37,775 nt of DNA from a virus: IMG/VR virus record IMGVR_UViG_3300044256_000031; one strand, 5' to 3'. The notes under the pieces were generated by a model. It ran no database searches and was not told the DNA's origin. It was given only the letters and a program-made list of their open reading frames with translations. Shown here one piece after another: positions 22,214 through 31,822 of this stretch. The position numbers were made by a program, and so were the translations under genes. Position 1 is the first letter of the stretch, and every line of letters starts with the position of its first letter.

Positions 22214-23641
22214 CTATAGGTACGCTGCTAAGAATGCTATTTTGACTGGATCAGTGACCGTAATCTCGAAAACCATGTCGCGGCTCTGACCAAGCCCATA
22301 CCAGACGGCCTGCTGGCGCCTCGCTCCGATCTTGCCAGCAGAGCGCCATCTCCCGTGGCCAAACGAATGCCCTGCATCGGTGCTTGTTCGCAGCATGATT
22401 TGCGGATCTGCGCCTGGAATTTGACCGCCATCCAAGCCAACACCCATTTCAGCGTCAAGACGAAATTGGTTGTAGCGGAGACGGTTGTGTTCATGTCTCA
22501 CATGCGGAGAGGTACGCCTGCATACGCGGGTGCTCTGGCCAAACTTATGGTAATCTATGTCCCACAGATACAGAGCGCCAGTGTTTCTATCACCCCAAAG
22601 ATGCTCAGAAAAAGCCGAGCAATGCGTGTGACTCGGGTACTGTCCGAAAGACCCATCCTCCAGGAGACACGGCCATTCTGCCCATGCCTGGGTGGCTGTG
22701 TCATACGCCCATGTTTGATTGCCACTGAGAAACGACAACACGTACCAGGCGTGCCCGCCGTGCCTGGCGGTGCAGGCGATGGCATCGCCTACAGTCGGCA
22801 TGCGGCTCATGGCGGATTCGAGCGCATGCGTCGAGATCCGCTCTGGGGCGTACCCGTTCAGGCGCCAAACAGGGCCTTCACCGCGGGGACTGCCGCCCAG
22901 GAAATACACCTGATTATCCAGCGCGGCCAGCGTGTACGGCGTCTCGATGCCCTGCTCCAGAAAGACGTTGTTCATGCGCGCATAGGGGCCAATGCCCGCC
23001 GGATCGGGGAAGGGGCGGCCTGTCGACTGCCAGAACTCGATACTTTGCGTGCCGCCGACGACGACGTCGCGGTGATCGCTGATGAGCGTCATCACGTCAT
23101 CCGCCCTGCCCTCGGCCTCGTAGAAGGCCAGGGGGTCCCAGACCAGGGCATTGAAGTGGCCACTAAACCACCAGTGGCGCGTGCCCGGTTCATGGACGAG
23201 GATCCTGCCATCGAGATACGCCACCTGCCCAAACGTCTGCGGCCCGGTGAGCGGCAGCGGCGTCAGCGCGTCGGTCGCGAACGCATACCCGTAGCCGACG
23301 CCGTCCACGGTGAAGACCATGTGCACGCCGTCATCGCTGAAGCTAGCAGGAGTTGTTCCAGTATGAATAGTCCCTCTACTCAAAAAGCTCCAACCACTAA
23401 AAATCTCGAAAAGCCCAGTAGATGTAGCACAGAATACCCTACCATTTGTAGCCTCGTATAATCCTCGTATCGGGCCTGAAGGTAGAAGCGCCACTTGACG
23501 CAGACCCGGCATAGAGTATAAGACGTACCGCTTCCTATCAGACTCTACCTGTTCGACATACATATTTAAAAGACGGTCACAGGCAGCATTAGGAGACCTA
23601 ACAGTACCAGTAGGCCCACAAAACCCCGGAAGCTCGGCCAT
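22214..23641 (-). CDS. P22 gp10-like tail hub / packaged-DNA stabilisation protein
   Basis: 475 aa (P22 gp10 is 472 aa, from memory). The C-terminal pattern RYNQFRLDAEMGVG...MLRTSTDAGHSFGHGRWRSAGKIGARRQQAVWYGLGQSRDMVFEITV resembles the gp10 C-terminus. It lies after the adaptor gene, as in P22. Confidence 0.6.
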   Translation of the reverse strand: MAELPGFCGPTGTVRSPNAACDRLLNMYVEQVESDRKRYVLYSMPGLRQVALLPSGPIRGLYEATNGRVFCATSTGLFEIFSGWSFLSRGTIHTGTTPASFSDDGVHMVFTVDGVGYGYAFATDALTPLPLTGPQTFGQVAYLDGRILVHEPGTRHWWFSGHFNALVWDPLAFYEAEGRADDVMTLISDHRDVVVGGTQSIEFWQSTGRPFPDPAGIGPYARMNNVFLEQGIETPYTLAALDNQVYFLGGSPRGEGPVWRLNGYAPERISTHALESAMSRMPTVGDAIACTARHGGHAWYVLSFLSGNQTWAYDTATQAWAEWPCLLEDGSFGQYPSHTHCSAFSEHLWGDRNTGALYLWDIDYHKFGQSTRVCRRTSPHVRHEHNRLRYNQFRLDAEMGVGLDGGQIPGADPQIMLRTSTDAGHSFGHGRWRSAGKIGARRQQAVWYGLGQSRDMVFEITVTDPVKIAFLAAYL

Positions 23642-23688
23642 CGCTTTTATCCCACCACTAGGATATAATTACCTAAACCCTCGTGTGC

Positions 23689-23753
23689 TATACTTGCACA
23701 CGGTACGGCTAGCGATTGCAACGCGAACGCCTGTCTCAGCAGGTTGCCGTACC
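23689..23753 (+). promoter_or_regulatory. TATACT promoter-like box plus a structured 5' leader for HNH gene 2
   Basis: TATACT lies at 23689-23694. A stem GGTACGGC (23702-09) / GCCGTACC (23746-53) encloses TAGCGATTGCAACGCGAACGC. The architecture matches 21348-21410. Confidence 0.5.
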
Positions 23754-23786
23754 ACATCATGAGACTCTCATCTGAGGGAGAGGCCC

Positions 23787-24503
23787 ATGTCCTACAGAGG
23801 CTCTGAAGCCCAGAAAGCCTACAATCGCGCCTTTAGCCGTGCCTACTATGCGCATCTGCGTGAACAAGAAGCCCTTGATCCTGCCTTGAAAGAGGCTCAT
23901 CGGGCTCAGAAGCGTGCTTATGATCTGATCTACCATGCCGCCAATCGTGTGAAAAGACAGGAACAACAACGCCTTAAACGCCTTGCTGATCCTAAACAAA
24001 GACTCACGCATGATGCTACCTATCGCCTGCGACATGCGGAAGAGATCGCTGTGCGTCGTCTTGCCTATGGACTCGCCAATCCTGAAAAACGGCGTCAAAC
24101 TGTACGCACCTATGACCTTACACCTCCTGAATACGTTATCTTGAAGGCCGAGCGCCGCCGTGCACGCAAACGTGGTCTCCCTGACACTTTCACCGTGATA
24201 GAGCAAGCCTTCTGTCGGCAGTATTTTCACTACTCCTGCGCCATCTGTAAGCGAGAAGAGGGTTTTGAATGGATCGTCTCTATGGATCATTGGATACCCA
24301 TAACCTCGACAGCCTGTCCTGGCACTATCGCTACCAATATGATTCCTCTGGGCCACGGCCTTGGTGGCTGTAACAACTCCAAGTCAGATAAAGACCCTGA
24401 GCCCTGGCTGACCAAGCGCTTCGGGAAACGGAAAGCCGCCGTGATCCTCAAGCGTATTCACGCCTATTTCGCCCTCGTTGCCGCGAAGGAGCAAGCCTCA
24501 TGA
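23787..24503 (+). CDS. Free-standing HNH endonuclease (second copy, divergent)
   Basis: Contains CAICKREEGFEWIVSMDHWIPIT...GHGLGGCNNSKSDKD and N-terminal AY-type helical repeats. GC content is low, and the gene is antisense to the late operon. Confidence 0.8.
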   Translation: MSYRGSEAQKAYNRAFSRAYYAHLREQEALDPALKEAHRAQKRAYDLIYHAANRVKRQEQQRLKRLADPKQRLTHDATYRLRHAEEIAVRRLAYGLANPEKRRQTVRTYDLTPPEYVILKAERRRARKRGLPDTFTVIEQAFCRQYFHYSCAICKREEGFEWIVSMDHWIPITSTACPGTIATNMIPLGHGLGGCNNSKSDKDPEPWLTKRFGKRKAAVILKRIHAYFALVAAKEQAS

Positions 24504-24649
24504 CCATCGATACCCTGACCCTCGTCTTCCTGTTCGCCATCCTTGGCGCCATGCTCTGGGACATCCACCGTGTTGGCCTGCGTGCGCATGAGCGCAGCCA
24601 GGAGATGCTCAAGGAGATCGCCCGCTTTCTCGGCACGGATCGGCGCTAA
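24500..24649 (+). CDS. 49-aa single-TM peptide translationally coupled (ATGA) to HNH gene 2
   Basis: Translation is MTIDTLTLVFLFAILGAMLWDIHRVGLRAHERSQEMLKEIARFLGTDRR. This ORF is below the track cutoff. Confidence 0.45.
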   Translation: MTIDTLTLVFLFAILGAMLWDIHRVGLRAHERSQEMLKEIARFLGTDRR

Positions 24650-25383
24650 GACGGTCTCCCACTCTGAAATGCGGCCCAGCCACTACTTCGCGCCGCCTGC
24701 CCGGGGTAGAGCGACAGCCGCCCGACGCGCGCGTTCACCACCGCCAGATCGCGCTTCGTCTGCTCGGCAATGCGTTGCACGGTGGGCGAGGCCTCGATGC
24801 CGTACTCCAGCCCCAGCTCCACGGCCAGATTGAAGCTGAAGGTCCGTAGGTATCCGTTCGGCCACTCCAGCCCTTCATCCCAATGCGTGTACTGCGGCTG
24901 TGCCGGCCACGGCAGGAGCTGCAGCGTGGTGCCGGGGTAGTGCGGCACCGGCCACACGTACAACAGTTTTACCGGCTGCGTATCCTCCAGATACACGTAC
25001 TCGACGTAGGTCGATGGCATGGCCTTGAGCCACACGGAGGTCTGATACTGGTCCTGGTCGAGCACCGTGACCTGCCAGTCCTGCACGGGCTCCCCGCCAA
25101 TATCCAAGAGGCACAGGTCGAGGCGCACGGGGGGAATGCCCGGGATGTCGCAGGGGGGCACGGTGTCCCCCCACGTGTAGACCTGCTGGCCTGGAAGAAG
25201 GGCCAATGGGATTTTTGGCCGTGTCCAACTGAGGAGGTTGTCCGTCGACCACGCGTCAAGAAGGCTATTCAGCGCGGACAAAGCGCGGTCGGCTTGGTCG
25301 GCATCGATCGGCTGCTCTGCCGCCGCAACCCCTAAAAGTCTTAACGCTGTTGTGCACGGCTGCCTCGCGTATATCGTTGGCAT
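24646..25383 (-). CDS. P22 gp4-like head-to-tail adaptor
   Basis: Internal ATG preceded by AGGAGGG. The N-terminus TALRLLGVAAAEQPIDADQADRALSALNSLLDAW resembles the gp4 N-terminal helices. It lies between the coat and hub genes. Confidence 0.6.
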   Translation of the reverse strand: MPTIYARQPCTTALRLLGVAAAEQPIDADQADRALSALNSLLDAWSTDNLLSWTRPKIPLALLPGQQVYTWGDTVPPCDIPGIPPVRLDLCLLDIGGEPVQDWQVTVLDQDQYQTSVWLKAMPSTYVEYVYLEDTQPVKLLYVWPVPHYPGTTLQLLPWPAQPQYTHWDEGLEWPNGYLRTFSFNLAVELGLEYGIEASPTVQRIAEQTKRDLAVVNARVGRLSLYPGQAARSSGWAAFQSGRPS

Positions 25384-25391
25384 ACGCCCTC

Positions 25392-25763
25392 CTAGCGCAC
25401 CAGCGAGAGCGTCCCCTTGACCTTCGCCCCGGCGGGCGCGCCCTGCGTGGGGATCGCCAGCCCGAGCACCCCGCCGGCGTCGAGCGGCGGCACACTGCCC
25501 GTCAGCGCAAACGCCTCGCCGTCGGTAGCCACCAGGCGCGGCCCCGTCTGGAACACGGCCGTGCCCGGATCGCCGCGCTCGGTGCCCGGAGCGCAGAGCT
25601 GCACGGCGCATTCCAGCGGGCTGGGTGCCCCGGTGATAGTCAGCGTACACTGGCTCGGGATCAGCTGGACGCCGGCGGGCAGGTCAGCCAGGGGGAGAAA
25701 GACGGGCGACACCAGGGCCGCCTCGACAAGACAGGATACGCTACGCGTTTCGTGAATGTTCAT
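25392..25763 (-). CDS. Hypothetical head-associated protein (123 aa)
   Basis: ATG preceded by AGGAGG. The composition is beta-rich. Confidence 0.7.
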   Translation of the reverse strand: MNIHETRSVSCLVEAALVSPVFLPLADLPAGVQLIPSQCTLTITGAPSPLECAVQLCAPGTERGDPGTAVFQTGPRLVATDGEAFALTGSVPPLDAGGVLGLAIPTQGAPAGAKVKGTLSLVR

Positions 25764-25765
25764 GG

Positions 25766-26089
25766 CTACCTCCTGCTCGGGGGGCGTGGGGGGGCCGTAG
25801 AGCCCATATCCTCACCGCCTGGTGGCGGATCGGGGGGCACGGGCGGCTCCAGCGCGGCCGCTTCGGCTTCCTGTGGGGTGCATTTCCACACCGCCTGGCC
25901 ACCCGCCGCGTCAAATTCTTCCTTCGTCTCAAACAGGCGGCCGCCGTAATTCTCGCCGCCAACATTCTGGGAAGAAAAGTACCATTTTGGAAAGGTCAAC
26001 TCCTCAGCCATCGGGGGACCTCCTGGGGGCGGCGGGTCAGGCTCGGGAGCCGAGACCAGGCCGCCAGATGTTAAGATGGTGTTCGCCAT
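25766..26089 (-). CDS. Pro-rich hypothetical protein
   Basis: An alternative start at ATG 26011 (MAEELTFPKWYF) has CAGGAGG upstream and may be the true start. Confidence 0.55.
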   Translation of the reverse strand: MANTILTSGGLVSAPEPDPPPPGGPPMAEELTFPKWYFSSQNVGGENYGGRLFETKEEFDAAGGQAVWKCTPQEAEAAALEPPVPPDPPPGGEDMGSTAPPRPPSRR

Positions 26090-26090
26090 A

Positions 26091-27332
26091 CTAGGTACCT
26101 GATACTGTTGAAAGGACACGTACTGCCCATTGGGGCCGCGTCACGGCAAAGCCAAAGGCCTCGTCGGCGCGACTCGCGTGCATGTCCGTCGAGATATCAG
26201 ACGCTTTCCAGGTACGAATAGCCACGCCGACATCACTATCGACGGCATACGCACTTTGACCTGAAAAGGGCTCCTGCAAGCGGCACATGGCCATCGCAAA
26301 CGCCTGCTCCTGATGCACGAGGTTTTGATAATAGGCCGTATTGGCCGTCATGAGAAAGGTCAGCGGCGGGTTCCCCGTGGGCAGGGCCGCCACCGTCTGG
26401 CGCGGGTTCGCCGGCGTGGCTGGCCCGATGATGGGCGGGGAGATCGGGATGGTCGCCGTGCCGTCAGCGGCGCTGTTCACATCAGCCGTGACGGTGAACT
26501 GGCGCAGCTTGCCCGTACTCGCCAGGGAGACGGGATTGACCGCATTGACGCCCGCCATGGTGAAGATGTCGCCCTTGTTCGCGCGCAGGGCCGCCGCGGC
26601 CGTAAAGCCCGTGACGGTGATACTCGCGCCGCCGGCGACGGTCGTGGCATGGAGGGGGGCTCCACCTAACGGCCCGCTGGTATGCACGGCCACATTTTGA
26701 TCGGAGAACCAATCGAGGCCCCCGCTGGTCCCCATCACGCCGCGCTCATACTGTTGTTTAATCTTCTCGCTCGACTGAAAGAGCCCTTTGAGTTCATTGA
26801 CGACCTCAACTTCCTCCCACTGGTTGAGTATCGCCCGCCAGGTCCCATCCTCGGGCGTCCCGTTGTCGGCCAGGATCGCCTTCGCCTGGAGGTAGGCCTT
26901 CCACTTACTCACCGTGGGCGAGGAGGGCGGCGAGATGATCGCGTTGGGGATGGCCCAATACTGCGCCAGGCCAAAGGCGTCCACCTTGTTCGCCAGGACA
27001 ATGCCGGAGGGTCGGCCAATGCGCCGCCGCCAATCGTCCAAACTGAGCGTCATCTCGAAGGAACTGAACTGGAGATCGACGTGCTCTTGTTGGTCAATCG
27101 TCAGGGGCACGAACTGCTCCTCATAGTCCTGCGCCTGGAGGTTTGGGCCGCTCGTGGTGCGGAGTTGGGCCGGGAGCCGAATGTTCAGGGTCGGCCCTAT
27201 TTTGTTCCCAGGAACCGCGAACTCGCTGGAGTATTGCCGCATGATCCCTTTGCAGAACACGAGGTTATTCTCGAAACAGTCAAGCAATTCGTAGGTAATA
27301 GCGCCAATCGTCAAGAGGGTGTTGTTCGCCAC
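26091..27332 (-). CDS. Major capsid protein, P22 coat-protein family
   Basis: 413 aa. Its position after the scaffold gene is typical. The local match RRRIGRPSGIVLANKVDAFG resembles P22 RRRIQSAARKLANNVELK (from memory). Confidence 0.75.
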   Translation of the reverse strand: MANNTLLTIGAITYELLDCFENNLVFCKGIMRQYSSEFAVPGNKIGPTLNIRLPAQLRTTSGPNLQAQDYEEQFVPLTIDQQEHVDLQFSSFEMTLSLDDWRRRIGRPSGIVLANKVDAFGLAQYWAIPNAIISPPSSPTVSKWKAYLQAKAILADNGTPEDGTWRAILNQWEEVEVVNELKGLFQSSEKIKQQYERGVMGTSGGLDWFSDQNVAVHTSGPLGGAPLHATTVAGGASITVTGFTAAAALRANKGDIFTMAGVNAVNPVSLASTGKLRQFTVTADVNSAADGTATIPISPPIIGPATPANPRQTVAALPTGNPPLTFLMTANTAYYQNLVHQEQAFAMAMCRLQEPFSGQSAYAVDSDVGVAIRTWKASDISTDMHASRADEAFGFAVTRPQWAVRVLSTVSGT

Positions 27333-27429
27333 AATAGCACCAATCTAGGCGGCACGAGTAGTTGTAGATCATGGCGGCGTAGCCTTGCACGGTGTGTGCA
27401 GTGGCGGCATCGTCTGGCGGCAATGGTCC

Positions 27430-28443
27430 TTAGCGTGTCCCCTGCCTGCGGGCACGCATCTGTCTATAGTCGGCGAGGGACATCCCCTCTCGAAAGGCCG
27501 GCGGCGGCGCACTCCCGTTCCCCCCCACCGGTCGCATGGGCTCCGGCAACGGTGGTGTGGGGGCCTGCCCATTCGTCGGCGCGGGGGGCGTGCCGGCGGG
27601 GGCACTGCCGTGCGCGCCTGGCACCAGCGACCCCGGCATGAGCCGGCCCAGTTCCGCAAACACCAGCGGCGGCGGCAGCGTGTTCAGGCGACTCACGAGG
27701 TCCTGCTGCTGCGCCAACTGATAGGCCAGGGCCGGTCCCTCGGGCAGCAGCATCAGGGCCTGCTGGACATGCGGGGCGACCCTCCCGGCTAAGCCACTCC
27801 GGACCACGTCGTCAAAATCCGGGTGGGCCTGCTTAAAGGCCGCCTCGCGCTCCATGAGCTGCTGCTGCATCTGGCGTATCTGTTCCTGCTGGCGCTGCGC
27901 CTGCGTCTGCTGATCGCGCGCCTGCAACTCTTGCTGCGCCTCGTAGCGGGCTGCAGCGCGGACGTAGGCGTCGTGCGAGTCAAATTGCTCGGCCTGCGGC
28001 GCTCCTGTGGGCTGCGTGGGCGTCTGGGGCAGCTCAGGCGCGGCCCCTTGCAAGAGCCGGGTGACGACATCGAGCTTGGCGTTGGCTTCGGCGAGCTCGC
28101 GTTGGTGCTGCTGCTGGTCGGCTTCGCGGCGACGCTGTTCAGCACGCCAACGGCCATTGAGTTGGTTGATGCGGCGGCGTGAGGCGGCAAACTCCTCGGG
28201 AGTCATGGCGGCGGCTTCGTCGAGATCGGTCTCCCCCTCCCCCGCGTCCGGCGCCGCCAAGCCCGAATCTGGGGGAGGAGAAGCCTGTGGAGGTGCTGGG
28301 GCTCCATTGACAGCAGGCGGCTCGGTTTGGGCCGGTGCGGCAGCGTCCTGCACGCCCGTGCCACGGGTCGAACCGTCACCCGTACTCACCGGGATATGCG
28401 TCCCGTCCTGTTCCGAGATCGTGTAGGCTTCAATCGGTGGCAT
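27430..28443 (-). CDS. Scaffolding protein
   Basis: 337 aa, rich in A/Q/E/R/P and helical. It lies between the portal and coat genes and overlaps the portal stop by 14 nt. Confidence 0.75.
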   Translation of the reverse strand: MPPIEAYTISEQDGTHIPVSTGDGSTRGTGVQDAAAPAQTEPPAVNGAPAPPQASPPPDSGLAAPDAGEGETDLDEAAAMTPEEFAASRRRINQLNGRWRAEQRRREADQQQHQRELAEANAKLDVVTRLLQGAAPELPQTPTQPTGAPQAEQFDSHDAYVRAAARYEAQQELQARDQQTQAQRQQEQIRQMQQQLMEREAAFKQAHPDFDDVVRSGLAGRVAPHVQQALMLLPEGPALAYQLAQQQDLVSRLNTLPPPLVFAELGRLMPGSLVPGAHGSAPAGTPPAPTNGQAPTPPLPEPMRPVGGNGSAPPPAFREGMSLADYRQMRARRQGTR

Positions 28444-30511
28444 GGGGTACTCCTGCCCCGTTCACAGCCTGCTGCTGCATCTGGGCCATCTCCATGAGGA
28501 GCTTCTGTTCTTCCAGGTGCAACTTGGCCATGTTAAACTCGTGGGCCTGCTGATTTTTCTGAGCGTCTAATTGATTTTCCTGCTGCTTATCTGCGAGGCG
28601 GGCTTGTGATGTGGCTACTTGCTGTTCTAAAAGCTTCACTTGCTGAACAGCAGCGTCCTGCGTGACTTTATCCTGCTGCATTTGTTGCTGAAGTTGTTGG
28701 AACTGCGTTCCCAATTGCTGGAGTTGAGTTTGTAACTGTGCGACGCGGGTTTCCGGGTCTTTATCCTGGGTGGCAGCAATCGCCTGTGGCGGAACCGCAG
28801 TCTTTAAGCGGGCCGAAATCTCTTCTGAATGGGCCACATCCATATTCCCAGCCCACAGATCAGCAAAAAAGGGCACTAAGTCAGGCTGGGCTGTGGCGAG
28901 TATCCCTAACTTCTCAACCGCCATTTCGCGCTGCGTCGAGAACGCAGGACCGGCATCGACCACCACGTCATAGTGCCCTTGCCCGAGCATGTGCTGCTGC
29001 TCGCTGCCGTCCTCCTGCCGAATCGGCTGGTTCACCTTCGCCATGCTGACCTGCCCATCCGTGGCCACCTGGCGCAGCTCCGTGGGGCCGGCGTGCAGCT
29101 TGCGGAGGAGGTCGACCAACTGAATCCCGCAGGCACGGATACTCCAGGCCAAATTATCGGGGTAGTTGTACGTCGCCTGATCGCCGGTGATCTTCTCGGT
29201 GCGAATGGCTACCCCACTCTGATCGCCCTGGGGCTGGCCCACGCTCGGCGCGTACATCCCGAGTGAGGCGCGTATCGCTTCGTCTGCCGTGCCCAGCGCG
29301 GCTGTTATGGCTTGTATGGCTGGCTCAACCGTGGCGCGTTGGGGCGGGGGCAAGAGTTGACCATTGATGCTGACGGCCTTGTGCAGGAGGTACGGCTGAT
29401 ACGCATCGTTGGCGCGGTTCCAGTACTGCTCATAGCCGGCGATTTGCTCCGCGTAGACGAGCCAGGGGGCTTTGGGCGCGAGGGCAATCGCTTCGGTCTG
29501 GGCACTGAAAAAGTAATCATAGGCGAGCGCGGGCGTCATACTCGCCTGCACCATGCCGGTGCGCTGCATCTGGCCGTCCAGCACGAGGCGGTCGCCCTCG
29601 ACGCGGATGACGGGAATGTAGGCGCCCTTCCAGCGTTCCTTGGCGAGGATGGCGTGGCCGCAGAGTTGTACCCACCACACGTGCGGGATACGGGTGATCC
29701 GCTTCGGCCAGGTCGGGTCGAGGTCGTCGAGGCCTGTCGTGGGCAGCACCGTGCCATCGGGCATACGGACAAGTTCGGCGCGCTCCCAGGTGCGGTAATA
29801 GTAGTCGGCCACCTGGACTTCATCCCCGGTGTACCACTCGCGGTCATTGCCCAGGGCCACCCACTCGGCCACGGACGGCGGCTGTTTGTTGTGCTCGGCC
29901 ATGAAGGCATCACGCTGCATCATGGCGGTCACAAAGCACCAGTTGGCGTCGAGGGCAGCCGGATGGCGGGCGTCCGAGTCCATAAACACGGCGAAGCGGT
30001 TGTAGAGCGGCTCGATCTTCACGGTCTGCTCAAACGACCACGGGTCGGGATAGTCGATCACCAGGCGGAAGTAGCCCGTGCCAACCGAGGCGGCATTATC
30101 AAGCGCATTTGTATAACTAATTGAACTTTCACTCTCTTGCTCGATGCTTCTGATGTGTCCTTCGAGCAGCTCTGCAACGTGCTTCGTGGCACCACCAGAT
30201 TTCGGCCGAATCCTAATTGAAAGAGGATTTTTTCTATACGAATTTATGACGTGATTTACGTGCTGGCGTACGCGGTCAACCGTGAGGAGTGGGGCCTGGT
30301 ACACTTCCCCGGTGCCAGGACGCTGCGGCGCCAGATGTTCTCCCCCACGAAACCGTACCGCGTGGAGTTGCTGTTCCCGTTCGTCGTCCTCAGCATCAGC
30401 AGCGGCACGAAAGCGAGCAAGGGCGGTCGCAAGTATGTGCTCGTCGCCCTCAGGCGCAATGGCCTCACGGTCGACGCTGGTCAGCGGAGCGAGCGTTGTC
30501 GTGTCGGCCAT
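28430..30511 (-). CDS. Portal protein (P22 gp1-like, with a C-terminal Q-rich coiled-coil barrel)
   Basis: 693 aa. It follows terL. The C-terminus reads QLQTQLQQLGTQFQQLQQQMQQDK...LLEQQVATSQARL. Confidence 0.85.
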   Translation of the reverse strand: MADTTTLAPLTSVDREAIAPEGDEHILATALARFRAAADAEDDEREQQLHAVRFRGGEHLAPQRPGTGEVYQAPLLTVDRVRQHVNHVINSYRKNPLSIRIRPKSGGATKHVAELLEGHIRSIEQESESSISYTNALDNAASVGTGYFRLVIDYPDPWSFEQTVKIEPLYNRFAVFMDSDARHPAALDANWCFVTAMMQRDAFMAEHNKQPPSVAEWVALGNDREWYTGDEVQVADYYYRTWERAELVRMPDGTVLPTTGLDDLDPTWPKRITRIPHVWWVQLCGHAILAKERWKGAYIPVIRVEGDRLVLDGQMQRTGMVQASMTPALAYDYFFSAQTEAIALAPKAPWLVYAEQIAGYEQYWNRANDAYQPYLLHKAVSINGQLLPPPQRATVEPAIQAITAALGTADEAIRASLGMYAPSVGQPQGDQSGVAIRTEKITGDQATYNYPDNLAWSIRACGIQLVDLLRKLHAGPTELRQVATDGQVSMAKVNQPIRQEDGSEQQHMLGQGHYDVVVDAGPAFSTQREMAVEKLGILATAQPDLVPFFADLWAGNMDVAHSEEISARLKTAVPPQAIAATQDKDPETRVAQLQTQLQQLGTQFQQLQQQMQQDKVTQDAAVQQVKLLEQQVATSQARLADKQQENQLDAQKNQQAHEFNMAKLHLEEQKLLMEMAQMQQQAVNGAGVPHATD

Positions 30512-30514
30512 GGC

Positions 30515-31822
30515 CTAGCGTCCTCTCCCGTGCTGCCGCCAAAAACGCTCCCGCGCCCAGGGCGGTCCCTGCGGCAGCTGCGGCATGACCACCGCAGGCG
30601 TGTCCTCCTGGTAGGCGCGAGCGAAGGTGCGCAGGGCGTCCGCCGCGTGACTCGAAAAGTCGTGCAGCGGGTGCTCCATCCACGCCTTGCGCGTCTCACT
30701 CCACTCGCGGCGGTACGCCTTCAGGCACTCGAGGCCCTCGTAGCACTTCTCGCTGTCGAACACGAAGCGCGGAAAGAGGGTACGCACGGCCTGAATACCG
30801 TCCGCGACATCGCCCCTGGGGACCACCACGGCGGGCTTCAGGCCTAACTGCTCGGCCATGGCCAGGCGCGTGCGGCCGTCACTGCTAAAGTCCCTGGCCT
30901 CGATGTCATGCGGGAAGTAGTGCCGGCCGTACGTGTACGGCTTCTCGCGCAACGCTTTCGCGTACCACTCCAGGCCGTGGTCGCTGGCTTCGAGGTAGTC
31001 GATCACGTGGAGCATGCGGCCCACCGGTTGCAGGAACCAGATCGCGGTGGCGTCACTGATCCCCAGATCCCAGCTCGTGTGCACCGGCGTCTGGGGTTCC
31101 CACGGCACGCGGGTAATGCGATCTTCCGCGGTCGCGGTCTCGAGGTAGGAGCCGTAGTACGACCCCACGAGGGCGCTCTCAAAGCTACAGAGAAACTCTT
31201 GCGCATATTGTTCGGGCGCCATCACCTGGCGGGCGGCGTCAAGTTCAGCGTCAGGCAGAATCCCCGTCTCGTCAGCACGGTAGAGCGCCGTGGACCAATC
31301 GGGCCGGGCCTGCGCCTGCTGGTAGAGGTCGTAAAAGTGGTTGTGGCCCATGGGCGTGCCGATGAACACGGCCCAACCCTGGCGATCCGTGAGTGCCGGG
31401 CGCACCACTTCAGCCCAGGTGCGCGGGCGAATCTGGGCATACTCATCGAAAACCACCCCATCAAGATACATGCCGCGCAAGGCATCGGGGTTATCGGCAC
31501 CGAAGAGTTGGATACGTCCGCCATTCGGGAGGTCCAGCCGTAACTCCGCTTCGTTGGGAACAAAGGCGCGCACCGTCGCCGCAAGGGCTTTGAGATAATC
31601 CCATACCACGGCTTTCGCTTGCTTATAGATCGGGGCAATATAGGCATACCGGGGTCGTACACGCTGGTTCAGCAGCGCGTCATCGAGGAGTGCATAGAGG
31701 CACAACACGGTCTTCCCAAAGCGGCGATGACAGACCCACACGTTAAAGCGCTGGCGCCCATCAAAGAGCTGCTGCTGTAAGGGCCGGAGGTCCGGCGCTA
31801 GGATGGGGATTTGGACAGCCAT
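30515..31822 (-). CDS. terL: Terminase large subunit
   Basis: 435 aa with a Walker A-like motif CHRRFGKTV, a Walker B motif GVVFDEY, and a C-terminal nuclease region SWDLGISDATAIWF. Confidence 0.9.
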   Translation of the reverse strand: MAVQIPILAPDLRPLQQQLFDGRQRFNVWVCHRRFGKTVLCLYALLDDALLNQRVRPRYAYIAPIYKQAKAVVWDYLKALAATVRAFVPNEAELRLDLPNGGRIQLFGADNPDALRGMYLDGVVFDEYAQIRPRTWAEVVRPALTDRQGWAVFIGTPMGHNHFYDLYQQAQARPDWSTALYRADETGILPDAELDAARQVMAPEQYAQEFLCSFESALVGSYYGSYLETATAEDRITRVPWEPQTPVHTSWDLGISDATAIWFLQPVGRMLHVIDYLEASDHGLEWYAKALREKPYTYGRHYFPHDIEARDFSSDGRTRLAMAEQLGLKPAVVVPRGDVADGIQAVRTLFPRFVFDSEKCYEGLECLKAYRREWSETRKAWMEHPLHDFSSHAADALRTFARAYQEDTPAVVMPQLPQGPPWARERFWRQHGRGR

